Origin: a virus
Reading direction: 5' to 3' (one strand)
Virus record (IMG/VR): IMGVR_UViG_3300025536_000006
Length of the DNA stretch: 37,750 bases
Positions 1-7,235 of the stretch are shown one piece after another (position 1 is the stretch's first letter; each line of letters opens with the position of its first letter). The position numbers and the translations under genes are program-made. The notes under the pieces were generated by a model. The model saw only the letters and a list, made by a program, of their open reading frames with translations, had not been told where the DNA came from and did no database searches.

Positions 1-127
1 CTGCTATGAAAATCTTTAACCTCGTCATGTATCGCCCTAACCAATTCACGAGTCGATTCCAATTTAGAATCCATATGACGAATATCAGATCGTGACTCCG
101 ATCTATTCCATAAAAATAGCGGTATGA
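1..127. repeat. Terminal direct repeat, copy 1 (identical to 37624..37750)
   Basis: Base-by-base comparison: nt 1-127 equal nt 37624-37750 exactly. This looks like an assembler k-mer overlap on a circular or terminally redundant molecule. Unique length is 37623 nt. Confidence 0.95.
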
Positions 128-176
128 TGAGAGCAGCATTACCTAAAATCAATGCTAAAACTGTTCCTGTGTCCAT
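1..176 (-). CDS. 5' part of a junction-spanning small membrane protein (GRLC-motif family); it continues at 37593..37623 on the circle
   Basis: Manual reverse translation from the ATG at 176-174 gives MDTGTVLALILGNAALIIPLFLWNRSESRSDIRHMDSKLESTRELVRAIHDEVKDFHS. Across the junction it continues as RLCKIEEKRR*. SD-like AGGAAGAG lies upstream. It is paralogous to 17736..17942 and 29601..29786. It is absent from the ORF track because the window cuts it. Confidence 0.8.
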   Translation of the reverse strand, partial: MDTGTVLALILGNAALIIPLFLWNRSESRSDIRHMDSKLESTRELVRAIHDEVKDFHS

Positions 177-196
177 CTCTTCCTAGTTAAGAAAAA

Positions 197-214
197 CCCC
201 TCATCGTTGAGGGG
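197..214 (-). terminator. Intrinsic terminator for the leftward operon ending at 242
   Basis: CCCCTCA-tcgt-TGAGGGG hairpin. On the minus-strand RNA it is followed by UUUUUCUU (complement of 189-196). It lies 28 nt downstream of the stop of 242..454. Confidence 0.65.
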
Positions 215-241
215 TGCTTTCGATCTTAATGTTAAGCGTTC

Positions 242-454
242 TTACGCGGCGATACATTGCTCTTTGCGGGATTTCTTTTCACCTGTAATCATTCGGTTGG
301 TTAAGAGATCCCAGTCAGCGATAGGCTTGCTATAGGCGCTTGGAGTTTGAGAAAGAAGTTGGTCGGCTTTTTCCTCGGCTTCCAAGTAGCTATTCGCATC
401 TACGATCACTTTGTGCTCATAAGATTCACGCCATGTAACTTCAAATTTAGCCAT
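242..454 (-). CDS. Hypothetical protein (70 aa)
   Basis: ORF track. It is the last gene of the minus-strand block and is followed by a terminator hairpin. No recognisable motif. Confidence 0.6.
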   Translation of the reverse strand: MAKFEVTWRESYEHKVIVDANSYLEAEEKADQLLSQTPSAYSKPIADWDLLTNRMITGEKKSRKEQCIAA

Positions 455-581
455 GTTAATACCTCGGTCAGTTTTTTAAAGATTCTATCAAGAGAAAATG
501 TCAGTTTTTTCTTGATTCGTTCTATATTTGATTACTCAAAGGCAAAATTTGTACTTTTTCAAGTTATTTATGTCAACTGGT

Positions 582-1397
582 TTAAACATCAATCACTTCA
601 ATTTCTTCACCAGAAGGAGCTACAGGAGCATGTCTCTTGTCTTCCCATTCCCTCAATACGCTGATGAATTTCTCAGGATTCTTATTAGCCCTATGAGCCA
701 AGGCCAACGTTGTCGTTTCATTAGTCTCTGCAGATTCTTGCATGAACTGCTCTAGAGAGGATTCCTCAATATCAGCGGGTATCTCGAAGGACAACAGCTG
801 CTTTACAGGCTTGGCAGGCTCAAAGACGCTAGGAGATATATCAATAGCCGGCATTTCAGGAGCTTGCGCAGGCTGCTTTAGAGCCGTCTCCTGAAGCTCT
901 CCTTCTACATAACAACCGCCGATACAATCAGGAGTCAATCGTCTTGCTAAGCGCGAAATAGCACGCGCAAAGAGCATATCTTGGGGATTCTTCTTCCATC
1001 CGCCACCTTCTTTGATTAGCCCAGCTCTTGCCGCTTCCTCGATATGATAGGTAGCTTCCATCTCCTCACCTGTATCCTTGCGCTTACCCCATACCTTGCA
1101 GACTTGATCCGTTAGCATTTTCACTTGGACAGCATGTCCATGCTTGCGCATAAGCATATTCATAATCCTGGCAGAGATTTCAAACTTTCCCAGGATATTG
1201 TTAATTCCACCTGAAATTGCTTGCATAGGTTGAACGCCAAGTTCTCTTGCCATGAGCATGATCGATAAGATTGTGGCAATAACCTCTTCCGGCTTACCAC
1301 CGCCGCCTAATTTTTTCCAATGGGCATTAGATGCTGCAATCGTTGCAATAATTTTGTATGACTCAAGCTCATCTTTGGTCGGTATTGTTAGAGACAT
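582..1397 (-). CDS. RecT/Redbeta-superfamily single-strand annealing protein
   Basis: The pattern ARELGVQPMQAISGGINNILGKFEISA ... AARAGLIKEGGGWKKNPQDMLFARAISRLARRLTPD matches the remembered RecT-type signature (GL.P..a...i..i.Gk ; W..P..ML..RA...R). It lies next to a RecB-type exonuclease. Confidence 0.7.
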   Translation of the reverse strand: MSLTIPTKDELESYKIIATIAASNAHWKKLGGGGKPEEVIATILSIMLMARELGVQPMQAISGGINNILGKFEISARIMNMLMRKHGHAVQVKMLTDQVCKVWGKRKDTGEEMEATYHIEEAARAGLIKEGGGWKKNPQDMLFARAISRLARRLTPDCIGGCYVEGELQETALKQPAQAPEMPAIDISPSVFEPAKPVKQLLSFEIPADIEESSLEQFMQESAETNETTTLALAHRANKNPEKFISVLREWEDKRHAPVAPSGEEIEVIDV

Positions 1398-1563
1398 TCC
1401 TGCATTCCTTGTTTTCAGTTAATTCGAAAAAATCCTCAAATTGTACGGCATTGGGATAATCCCTACGCCAACGATAGTATGCCACATCGGGGTTATTTAA
1501 GCGACTCTCTTTATAGGATTTGTATTCTTCCCAAAGAGCCATTAGACTAGACATCTCCCTCAT
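1369..1563 (-). CDS. Hypothetical protein (64 aa)
   Basis: ORF track. It is packed head-to-tail with its neighbours in the leftward operon. Confidence 0.5.
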   Translation of the reverse strand: MREMSSLMALWEEYKSYKESRLNNPDVAYYRWRRDYPNAVQFEDFFELTENKECRNVSNNTDQR

Positions 1564-1783
1564 CCTCTATTTTATATCTGTCAACGTTTTCTAATATATG
1601 CTCATAAAGCGCATCAAGAGCGCGTTGATAATTTGTTTTGTTTCCTTTTCGGGTAATATCATAACAAATATCAAAGATTAAATTCATAATAAATTTATGT
1701 TGAGCCACTTCGTCGATCTCTGCGGGTGGCTCTAGTCTCTCTGAACTTATCATTGCGGCAAGTATTGCGTTTAAATTATTCAT
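1547..1783 (-). CDS. Hypothetical helical protein (78 aa; start moved to MNNLN)
   Basis: The ATG at 1783 is preceded by AAAGGAG and overlaps the upstream stop by 8 nt. The longer track ORF (to 1825) would overlap the upstream gene by 50 nt. Confidence 0.55.
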   Translation of the reverse strand: MNNLNAILAAMISSERLEPPAEIDEVAQHKFIMNLIFDICYDITRKGNKTNYQRALDALYEHILENVDRYKIEDEGDV

Positions 1784-2411
1784 CGCTTTTTTTCTCCTTT
1801 GGCTCTTTTCTGTTAAAATAGTCATAGCACTTTAAAGCGCTAGCGAAAATATCCCAATGCGTACTAATATGAAGTTGCATGAGACATTCCGATTTGACCT
1901 CCTGGGGAAGATCTTCTTGATCTTCTCCTTTTTTCTTTTTGGGGGCTTTCTTCTTAAGATGCAAGATGAAGATCTCGTCATAAGTCCACCCACTTTTCCT
2001 ACATATATTATCATAAGCAGCAAGCTGCACAGCCCACGCCTTACTCTCTTGAGCAGAGGACTTGATGTCTATTAGCGCTTTTTTACCATTCTTAAGCTCG
2101 ACGATCATATCAGGCTCTCCAGAATAGCGGAGCTGATCGTCATAGAGTCGTGTCCTTGTCAAAAGCACTTTCTTAAGACATAAATTACTCCACTCCTTGA
2201 ACGCTTCAAGATATGGAGCGCATTCGATCTCAATCTCAGGAAGCATAAGTCCCTTTGCATAGGCCGTGCAGTAGCGATGAATCTTAGTGCCCTTCTCAGA
2301 GGCTGCAATCAAATTCTCTAAAGGGATGGATCTCATCTCTCGTTCCGTCTGAATTCCTATGATGTCGCTTACGCGCGGATACTTCGTCCGCGCTTGGTCT
2401 TGTTCATTCAT
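1776..2411 (-). CDS. PD-(D/E)XK exonuclease, RecB/Cas4-like
   Basis: Motifs in order: GTKIHRY, GEPDMIV, ALIDIKSS (D...D-x-K) and QLAAY (QxxxY). This set is canonical for RecB-family nucleases. It is paired with the RecT-like gene. Confidence 0.75.
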   Translation of the reverse strand: MNEQDQARTKYPRVSDIIGIQTEREMRSIPLENLIAASEKGTKIHRYCTAYAKGLMLPEIEIECAPYLEAFKEWSNLCLKKVLLTRTRLYDDQLRYSGEPDMIVELKNGKKALIDIKSSAQESKAWAVQLAAYDNICRKSGWTYDEIFILHLKKKAPKKKKGEDQEDLPQEVKSECLMQLHISTHWDIFASALKCYDYFNRKEPKEKKSDE

Positions 2412-2622
2412 CTCTATAATCTCCTATTCTGAGATATTCTTGAGTCCGATTCATTCTTTCTTCCAACTCTTCAATTCTTTTTTCCATTTGTTGAATACGA
2501 ATGTGAAGAATCAAAATGTTTTTTGATTCTATCTCGGGATCTAATGCATCGAAAAAAAGTTGAGTGTTCTTTGTCAAATAAGGCAACGCATCAATCATAT
2601 GGTCATGTTCTTCATTATTCAT
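2404..2622 (-). CDS. Hypothetical coiled-coil protein (72 aa)
   Basis: ORF track. Contains a heptad-like stretch QQMEKRIEELEERMNRTQE. Its ends overlap both neighbours. Confidence 0.5.
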   Translation of the reverse strand: MNNEEHDHMIDALPYLTKNTQLFFDALDPEIESKNILILHIRIQQMEKRIEELEERMNRTQEYLRIGDYRDE

Positions 2623-2788
2623 TATTTCTCTCCAGTTTTTGTCCTTTTCCTAGTCCTAAACCAACGCCGATTTTTTGGAAACATTCTTCGCAGAGATAAG
2701 CCCATGGGCCGTGCTTAGTCTTGGCGTCATATTGAGCTTTTTCCTGGCAGCAATAGTCGCATTTCAAGACTTCCTTTTGCTCCATCAT
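2615..2788 (-). CDS. Small zinc-ribbon protein (57 aa; start moved to MMEQKE)
   Basis: Two Cys pairs (CDYCC ... CEEC). The ATG at 2788 is preceded by AAGGAG. It is the first gene of the leftward operon. Confidence 0.6.
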   Translation of the reverse strand: MMEQKEVLKCDYCCQEKAQYDAKTKHGPWAYLCEECFQKIGVGLGLGKGQKLERNNE

Positions 2789-2820
2789 TCTAACTCCTTT
2801 AACCTTTTTTCCTTGTAAAC

Positions 2821-2843
2821 TTAGCATTGTCTCTATATGCTAA
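2821..2843. promoter_or_regulatory. Inverted repeat TTAGCAT-N9-ATGCTAA in the divergent early control region (candidate operator)
   Basis: Read directly in the 101-nt gap between the divergent operons. It overlaps a sigma70-like TTGTAA-N17-TATGCT pair pointing rightward. Confidence 0.35.
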
Positions 2844-2889
2844 AACATAAACGACCAACTGATTTAATGGAAGTAAAAAGGAGAAAAAA

Positions 2890-3213
2890 ATGAAAGTAAA
2901 AGAAAGACTACAAGCATTCTTCGAGGAGAATGGGTTTCAGAAATCCTGGTACGCTAGGCGAGTCGGCACATCAAAAGCAGTTATCTATGGTATTTTAGGG
3001 GGAAGGATTCAACTTCCGAAGAGGCTATGGAAAAACGCCGTTGAGATGTCAAGAGGATATTTGAAACCAGAAGACATCTTATCGGACTTCTTGAAGGATC
3101 ATCTCGTAGACATCCCCTATATCAAGCTTGAGGAGGATACAGCCAATAAGCGATGGATCATAACCGTTGATGAGGCTTCACAACAGCCTGAAGCGAATTC
3201 TATTGGTGAATAA
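2890..3213 (+). CDS. Cro/XRE-like HTH regulator (putative)
   Basis: AAGGAG RBS. It is the first gene of the rightward early operon. The segment SWYARRVGTSKAVIYGILGG resembles a helix-turn-helix. Confidence 0.4.
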   Translation: MKVKERLQAFFEENGFQKSWYARRVGTSKAVIYGILGGRIQLPKRLWKNAVEMSRGYLKPEDILSDFLKDHLVDIPYIKLEEDTANKRWIITVDEASQQPEANSIGE

Positions 3214-3244
3214 CGGGAATTTTCGTTACAAGTGAACAAAAAAA

Positions 3245-3267
3245 AGAGCCGTCATCGGGACGGCTCT
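3245..3267 (+). terminator. Stem-loop between the regulator and the replication genes (terminator or attenuator candidate)
   Basis: AGAGCCGTC-atcgg-GACGGCTCT forms a 9-bp stem. It is flanked by an A8 run upstream and CAGCTTTCT downstream. Confidence 0.5.
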
Positions 3268-3298
3268 CAGCTTTCTAAACCCTTACCACGGAGTTTAT

Positions 3299-4198
3299 AT
3301 GCATAACAATAGCATAGACCCATCTTTTTCTCAAAGATCAACTAATCCCTATATACCTAACTCAGCCTCAATACCAAATATTCTTTTTGATTATTGGATG
3401 CCCCGCCTCACTCCAAGTGAATTTAAAGTTTTAATGGCCATAGCGCGGAAAACATATGGTTGGCGAAAAGAAATTGACGCTATCTCTGTTAAGCAGTTGG
3501 AGCTAATAACTGGCCTCTCACGTCGAAGTGTGTTTGATGCTGTGAAAGAATTAACGAACACTGGTCTCATATCAAAGATAAAATCTAAAACCGAAGATGG
3601 GGATGAGGCTGCAAATAAATATGTTATACATATAGATGGTTCAGGAGCTGAACAAGAAGAGGGAGTGCAAAAAAAGGGGGGGGGTGGTGCAAAATTTGCA
3701 CCACCGGTGGTGCAAAAAACGTCACACACAAAACCCACTATTACAAAACCCAATGATGATGATGACGCGCATACACGCGAGGATCGTGGAAATGTTCATA
3801 ACTCGGCATCCGATTCATCATCGCCACAGGCCGTAGAGAAGATAAAAGCTAACGGGGAAAAGATACAATGCACTCAAAGCGAATATTTTAGGTATTGCTC
3901 TAAATTCCAAACTGGATTTACAACAGACGAGATCTTAGAGGCTTGGGCGCGGTTTGTTCAATGCGATGGAAGGATCGGAGACTGGAAGAAATACCTAGAT
4001 CAAATAATTATTAACAACAGGAGGAACTCATGCAACTCACAGACCAAGAGCGAAAAGAAAGAAACGAACGACTCGAAAAAGAAATACGAAGACGCAAAAT
4101 ACATTCATTCGGTGGACGTTTCGCAGACGCATCTTTCTCCGCCTCGCAAAAGGGTGCCTGTGACGCAGGAATTATTGGACAAATTGCGTCTTACTTAG
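3299..4198 (+). CDS. Replication initiator / replisome organiser with an N-terminal winged-helix domain
   Basis: LTPSEFKVLMAIARKTYGWRKE...ISVKQLELITGLSRRSVFDAVKELTNTGLI is typical of phage or plasmid wHTH initiators. A DnaC-like loader follows. Iteron-like repeats lie inside the gene. Confidence 0.6.
   Translation: MHNNSIDPSFSQRSTNPYIPNSASIPNILFDYWMPRLTPSEFKVLMAIARKTYGWRKEIDAISVKQLELITGLSRRSVFDAVKELTNTGLISKIKSKTEDGDEAANKYVIHIDGSGAEQEEGVQKKGGGGAKFAPPVVQKTSHTKPTITKPNDDDDAHTREDRGNVHNSASDSSSPQAVEKIKANGEKIQCTQSEYFRYCSKFQTGFTTDEILEAWARFVQCDGRIGDWKKYLDQIIINNRRNSCNSQTKSEKKETNDSKKKYEDAKYIHSVDVSQTHLSPPRKRVPVTQELLDKLRLT
3663..3720. repeat. Iteron-like GGTGGTGCAAAA units (direct and inverted) plus an A7G9 homopolymer tract; candidate origin
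   Basis: GAGTGCAAAAAAA (3664-3675), G9 (3676-3684), the palindrome GGTGGTGCAAA-A-TTTGCACCACC (3683-3705), then GGTGGTGCAAAAAA (3706-3719). All read directly. Confidence 0.45.
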
Positions 4199-4653
4199 AG
4201 AAAAAGAAAGATTTCCTGCTTCTTTTAGGCGCGCCAGGAACAGGCAAAACATACAATTGTTCAGCGATTATGGAGTGGGCTCTTTCTAGAAGCTTCAGCA
4301 TTCGGGCTTATAGTGAAGTAGATCTAATAGCAGAGGCTGATAGCGCAATTCCAAGGGGCTGGATCGTCCAAGATTATATTAAGCAACTTACTGATGATGA
4401 TTTTTTGATTTTGGATGATATTGGATCAGGAAGAGACACTGAATGGACAACCAAACTCGTTGAACAAGTGGTAGATTACCGCTATAAATGGGGAGAAAAC
4501 GAATTTTTTATGCCTACAATTTTCACTAGTAATCTTGATGAAAAGCAATTGAGAGAACGATTTTCTCAGAGAACATGCGACAGGCTCTTCAATTCCAATA
4601 ATGTAATTGTAAGCACATTTGGTATGTCAAGCTTAAGACAAGAAGGTTTGTAG
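4030..4653 (+). CDS. DnaC/IstB-like AAA+ helicase loader
   Basis: Walker A GAPGTGKT, Walker B FLILDDIG, and sensor TSN. Strong AGGAGG RBS 6 nt upstream. It overlaps the initiator gene by 169 nt in another frame. Confidence 0.8.
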   Translation: MQLTDQERKERNERLEKEIRRRKIHSFGGRFADASFSASQKGACDAGIIGQIASYLEKKKDFLLLLGAPGTGKTYNCSAIMEWALSRSFSIRAYSEVDLIAEADSAIPRGWIVQDYIKQLTDDDFLILDDIGSGRDTEWTTKLVEQVVDYRYKWGENEFFMPTIFTSNLDEKQLRERFSQRTCDRLFNSNNVIVSTFGMSSLRQEGL

Positions 4654-4761
4654 ATCACTAGATTCGCTCCAGATTGAACGATCGCAACCAGGGTGCCATA
4701 TTTACTCATCCAGAAACGATCGTTCAATCCTGGGGCTTTAAAACAAACGAGGAGGAAGAAG

Positions 4762-4935
4762 ATGAATTGGTTACAAGTCTTGACAATCGCAGGATCTACA
4801 ATCGGAGCTTGCTGGTATATGCATAGAGAAACATTCAAGGAAATGAAAGATTTCCATGGTAGGCTATGTACGTTGGAAGAACGATATCTTCAGATGATGC
4901 AAAGAATTTTAGAAAAAAAAAGGCAAGATGAATGA
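4762..4935 (+). CDS. Small single-pass membrane protein, GRLC-motif family (57 aa)
   Basis: The ATG at 4762 follows GAGGAGG. Sequence: MNWLQVLTIAGSTIGACWYMHRETFKEMKDFHGRLCTLEERY..., that is a TM helix followed by the KDFHGRLCxxEE motif shared with four paralogues. Confidence 0.75.
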   Translation: MNWLQVLTIAGSTIGACWYMHRETFKEMKDFHGRLCTLEERYLQMMQRILEKKRQDE

Positions 4936-5141
4936 CTCAACCTGTACCCCTAATGAGAGTCTATCACTTCCCTGATTGTACATGCTATAAATGTGATGCC
5001 AGACGAGAGAATAACCTTAATCTTCCTAATGGAGAGAAGAGGACTGTTCTTACCGTCGTAGTTGAAGAGGTAGACGAGCTTACTCCTCTTGCCATTTCTG
5101 TCTTAAGATATACACCACAAAGAAGGAGAAATACCCAATGA
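4932..5141 (+). CDS. Hypothetical protein (69 aa)
   Basis: ORF track. ATGA start/stop coupling with both neighbours. Confidence 0.5.
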   Translation: MTQPVPLMRVYHFPDCTCYKCDARRENNLNLPNGEKRTVLTVVVEEVDELTPLAISVLRYTPQRRRNTQ

Positions 5142-5314
5142 AATATCTAGCACTAATAGCTTTAACTTTATGTCTAACTGGCTGCGCTCGTGATATCGCA
5201 GCAATGAAGCCTAATCATTTGGGCGTGACTCCTTCCTGTGAATGGGAGATTCAAAGAGGCAACAACACGAAAGTGAAGCCTAAGATTCAAACATCCTTAG
5301 ACTGGAATTTCTGA
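5138..5314 (+). CDS. Small lipoprotein (58 aa), not in the ORF track
   Basis: AAGGAG lies 9 nt upstream. The signal peptide MKYLALIALTLCLTGC carries an L-T-G-C lipobox. It is start/stop coupled on both sides (ATGA, TGATG). Confidence 0.7.
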   Translation: MKYLALIALTLCLTGCARDIAAMKPNHLGVTPSCEWEIQRGNNTKVKPKIQTSLDWNF

Positions 5315-5628
5315 TGGGATACACGCGATGTTCTGGATGTGGAGGTCTAAATTATAGTGATATCCACTGCAATGGTTGCGGCCATGTGATGAAAGAGGAA
5401 GAAAAGCCTGATCGGCAATGGGTTAGTTTTAAAGAGAAGCTCCCAGAGATCGGGGAATGGGTTCTCGTTTATACTCCTTGTGAATTCAACTATAAAAAAT
5501 TTCATGTGGGATATCTAAATGAAGCATTATTCTTTGAAATTGGGGCGGATCCTGATGATTATGGTTTAGAGTGTGCTAGCTATGCTGTTACCCACTGGAT
5601 GCCATTGCCGAAGGTTCCGCATGAGTGA
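5314..5628 (+). CDS. DUF551-like protein with an N-terminal zinc ribbon
   Basis: CSGCGG...CNGCGH, then WVSFKEKLPE...VTHWMPLPKVP. This is the W-x-S/V...LP...THWMPLP pattern I remember for DUF551. Confidence 0.6.
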   Translation: MGYTRCSGCGGLNYSDIHCNGCGHVMKEEEKPDRQWVSFKEKLPEIGEWVLVYTPCEFNYKKFHVGYLNEALFFEIGADPDDYGLECASYAVTHWMPLPKVPHE

Positions 5629-5854
5629 ATGGATTAGCGTTAAGGATAGCCTTCCTGAGAAAGACGTAAAAGTATTGGCATGCGATCCATATACGATTCG
5701 AATCGCAGAGTACGGCGTCGGATATCTAGAAAATGACATTGAAAGACTGGGTTGGTGGATAGACCAAAACTTTGACTGGGATGAGGTTACTCACTGGATG
5801 CCGCTCCCTGATAATCCAAACCCTCAACTTGATTACTGGATACCGGATGAATAA
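5621..5854 (+). CDS. DUF551-like protein (77 aa; start moved to MSEWISV)
   Basis: EWISVKDSLPEKDVKVLA...VTHWMPLPDNP. It is a tandem paralogue of the preceding gene. Confidence 0.6.
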   Translation: MSEWISVKDSLPEKDVKVLACDPYTIRIAEYGVGYLENDIERLGWWIDQNFDWDEVTHWMPLPDNPNPQLDYWIPDE

Positions 5855-6065
5855 TCCAAAAATATCAAAGAAAGAATTGATAGAGATGATGAACTGCATG
5901 GACTTTGGCATAGCAGATATAGCCTGCATCAATGGCCATGAAATGTACGCTCACAAGAAGATCGACTCGGATGATCTTGCCTGGTTTCATATTAGCCAGG
6001 GAGGAAGCGGATTCGTTGATCTATTCACAGGACAAATTAGGGAGGCATGTGAAAGCGAGTCGTAA
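5847..6065 (+). CDS. Hypothetical protein (72 aa; start moved to MNNPKIS)
   Basis: The ATG at 5847 overlaps the end of the upstream gene. The longer track ORF would overlap it by 83 nt. Confidence 0.45.
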   Translation: MNNPKISKKELIEMMNCMDFGIADIACINGHEMYAHKKIDSDDLAWFHISQGGSGFVDLFTGQIREACESES

Positions 6066-6096
6066 AGGAAAACTTGACACCTGAAGGAAATGAGTA

Positions 6097-6312
6097 ATGG
6101 AAAAAGAAGAGCTTAAGATAGGCGATATCGTGCAGATCGATCCGGAGCATGATGATATGTTCGGAGCCTGCTTGATGATCGTTACAGAACCCAAAGAATG
6201 GGGCGCTCAAGGATATGTGAATGTCCCTGGCAAAGATGGAGGTCTAGCATTCTATCGATGCAAATATGCAAACATGGAAAGAGTAGGAACGGCTGTATGG
6301 ATCAGAGATTAG
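6097..6312 (+). CDS. Hypothetical protein (71 aa)
   Basis: ORF track. An ATG follows GGAAATGAGTA. No motif recognised. Confidence 0.5.
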   Translation: MEKEELKIGDIVQIDPEHDDMFGACLMIVTEPKEWGAQGYVNVPGKDGGLAFYRCKYANMERVGTAVWIRD

Positions 6313-6333
6313 CCAAAAGTTGACATCAAGTGA

Positions 6334-6786
6334 ATGTTTTACTTTAATGGAGAAATGCTAAGCAAGAAGTCAACGGCAGCCTGGCGAAACATAGGAGGAA
6401 AGCGCATCTACTTTCGCTCTCAATGGGAGATGAACTACGCCAGGTATCTAGAGTTTCTCAAGCAAAAAGGTCTCATCAAAGAATGGGAGCACGAACCCCA
6501 CACCTTTTGGTTTGAAGCAATCAAACGTGGTGTGCGCTCCTACATGCCAGACTTCAAGGTCTACGATCCTGATGGCTCTCATTATTGGGTAGAGGTCAAA
6601 GGATGGATGGATGCCAAAAGCGCTACAAAAATAAAACGTCTTAAAAAATATTACCCCAATGAACATATCGAAGTAGTCGGCAAGAAATGGTTTGCTGAAA
6701 ATCTTAGAGTATACACAAAAATATTTAACCCCCTAGTTTCACATGTGGATTTGCCTGCAAGACAGAGTATTAGTCGATCTCTCTAA
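6334..6786 (+). CDS. PD-(D/E)XK nuclease, DUF1064/TnsA-N-like (possible Holliday-junction resolvase)
   Basis: FRSQWEMNYARYLEFL...YMPDFKVYDPDGSHYWVEVKG fits the S..E...L...PDF...(E)VK core of this nuclease class. Confidence 0.55.
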   Translation: MFYFNGEMLSKKSTAAWRNIGGKRIYFRSQWEMNYARYLEFLKQKGLIKEWEHEPHTFWFEAIKRGVRSYMPDFKVYDPDGSHYWVEVKGWMDAKSATKIKRLKKYYPNEHIEVVGKKWFAENLRVYTKIFNPLVSHVDLPARQSISRSL

Positions 6787-6970
6787 AGTAACTTGGATAG
6801 AAGTTATCAAAGTCTTTCATACAGACGAATGGCTTCTAGAATTTCACTCTTCACCGGAGAAAGAATCATATGGCCTCCTATATAAAACCGAAGCAGAAGC
6901 AGAAGCAGAGTTCGAAAGAATACGATTCCTTCTTTCCAAGTCTCACATTCCGCCAGTCCCCCTCTGCTAA
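6743..6970 (+). CDS. Hypothetical protein (75 aa), start uncertain
   Basis: ORF track only. It overlaps the upstream gene by 44 nt and competes with ORF 6870..7052. Confidence 0.3.
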   Translation: MWICLQDRVLVDLSKVTWIEVIKVFHTDEWLLEFHSSPEKESYGLLYKTEAEAEAEFERIRFLLSKSHIPPVPLC

Positions 6971-7067
6971 GCGAGCCTACTACGGCATTTTTTTCTCATT
7001 TGTAGGATTGATTTTTTCCTGCGTATGGATGATTCTCAAACTCAAATCCTAAACAATCCGAGGTATC

Positions 7068-7235
7068 ATGAAAGGTAAAGAAGTACGAAAGAAAAAAGTT
7101 GAAAAGGTCATGCATGAGATGAAAGAAGGTAAGCTCCATAGCGGATCTAAGAAAGGGCCCGTTGTCACTAATCCAAAACAAGCTATCGCCATAGCAATGA
7201 GCGAAAGCGGACAAGCAAAGAAGAAAAAAAAATGA
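7068..7235 (+). CDS. Small lysine-rich protein (55 aa), not in the ORF track
   Basis: MKGKEVRKKKVEKVMHEMKEGKLHSGSKKGPVVTNPKQAIAIAMSESGQAKKKKK. It resembles a widespread small basic bacterial protein family (DUF6496-like, from memory and unverified). Its stop overlaps the next ATG. Confidence 0.5.
   Translation: MKGKEVRKKKVEKVMHEMKEGKLHSGSKKGPVVTNPKQAIAIAMSESGQAKKKKK

Noticed and set aside
1-127. The terminal repeats as biological direct terminal repeats or as prophage att sites
   Set aside because: The repeat lies inside a gene that reads through the junction in frame, and its length is typical of an assembler k-mer overlap. No integrase or host flanks are present. True short DTRs cannot be fully excluded without read data.
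347-755. Plus-strand ORFs 347..664 and 528..755
   Set aside because: They lie antisense to 242..454 and to the RecT-like gene. Their translations are hydrophobic and low-complexity, and they have no RBS.
3391-3753. Minus-strand 120-aa ORF, and 3636..3836 (+), inside the initiator gene
   Set aside because: They overlap the well-supported wHTH initiator frame. They arise from the low-complexity, homopolymer-rich linker.
6870-7052. Plus-strand 60-aa ORF beginning MASYIKPKQKQKQ
   Set aside because: Its N terminus is an alternative-frame reading of the (GAAGCA)3 microsatellite that encodes EAEAEAE in ORF 6743..6970. It cannot be excluded, but support is weaker than for the overlapping frame.
6996-7214. 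Minus-strand 72-aa ORF
   Set aside because: The opposite strand carries a better candidate (7068..7235), with a conserved-looking small basic protein and stop/start coupling to the next gene.
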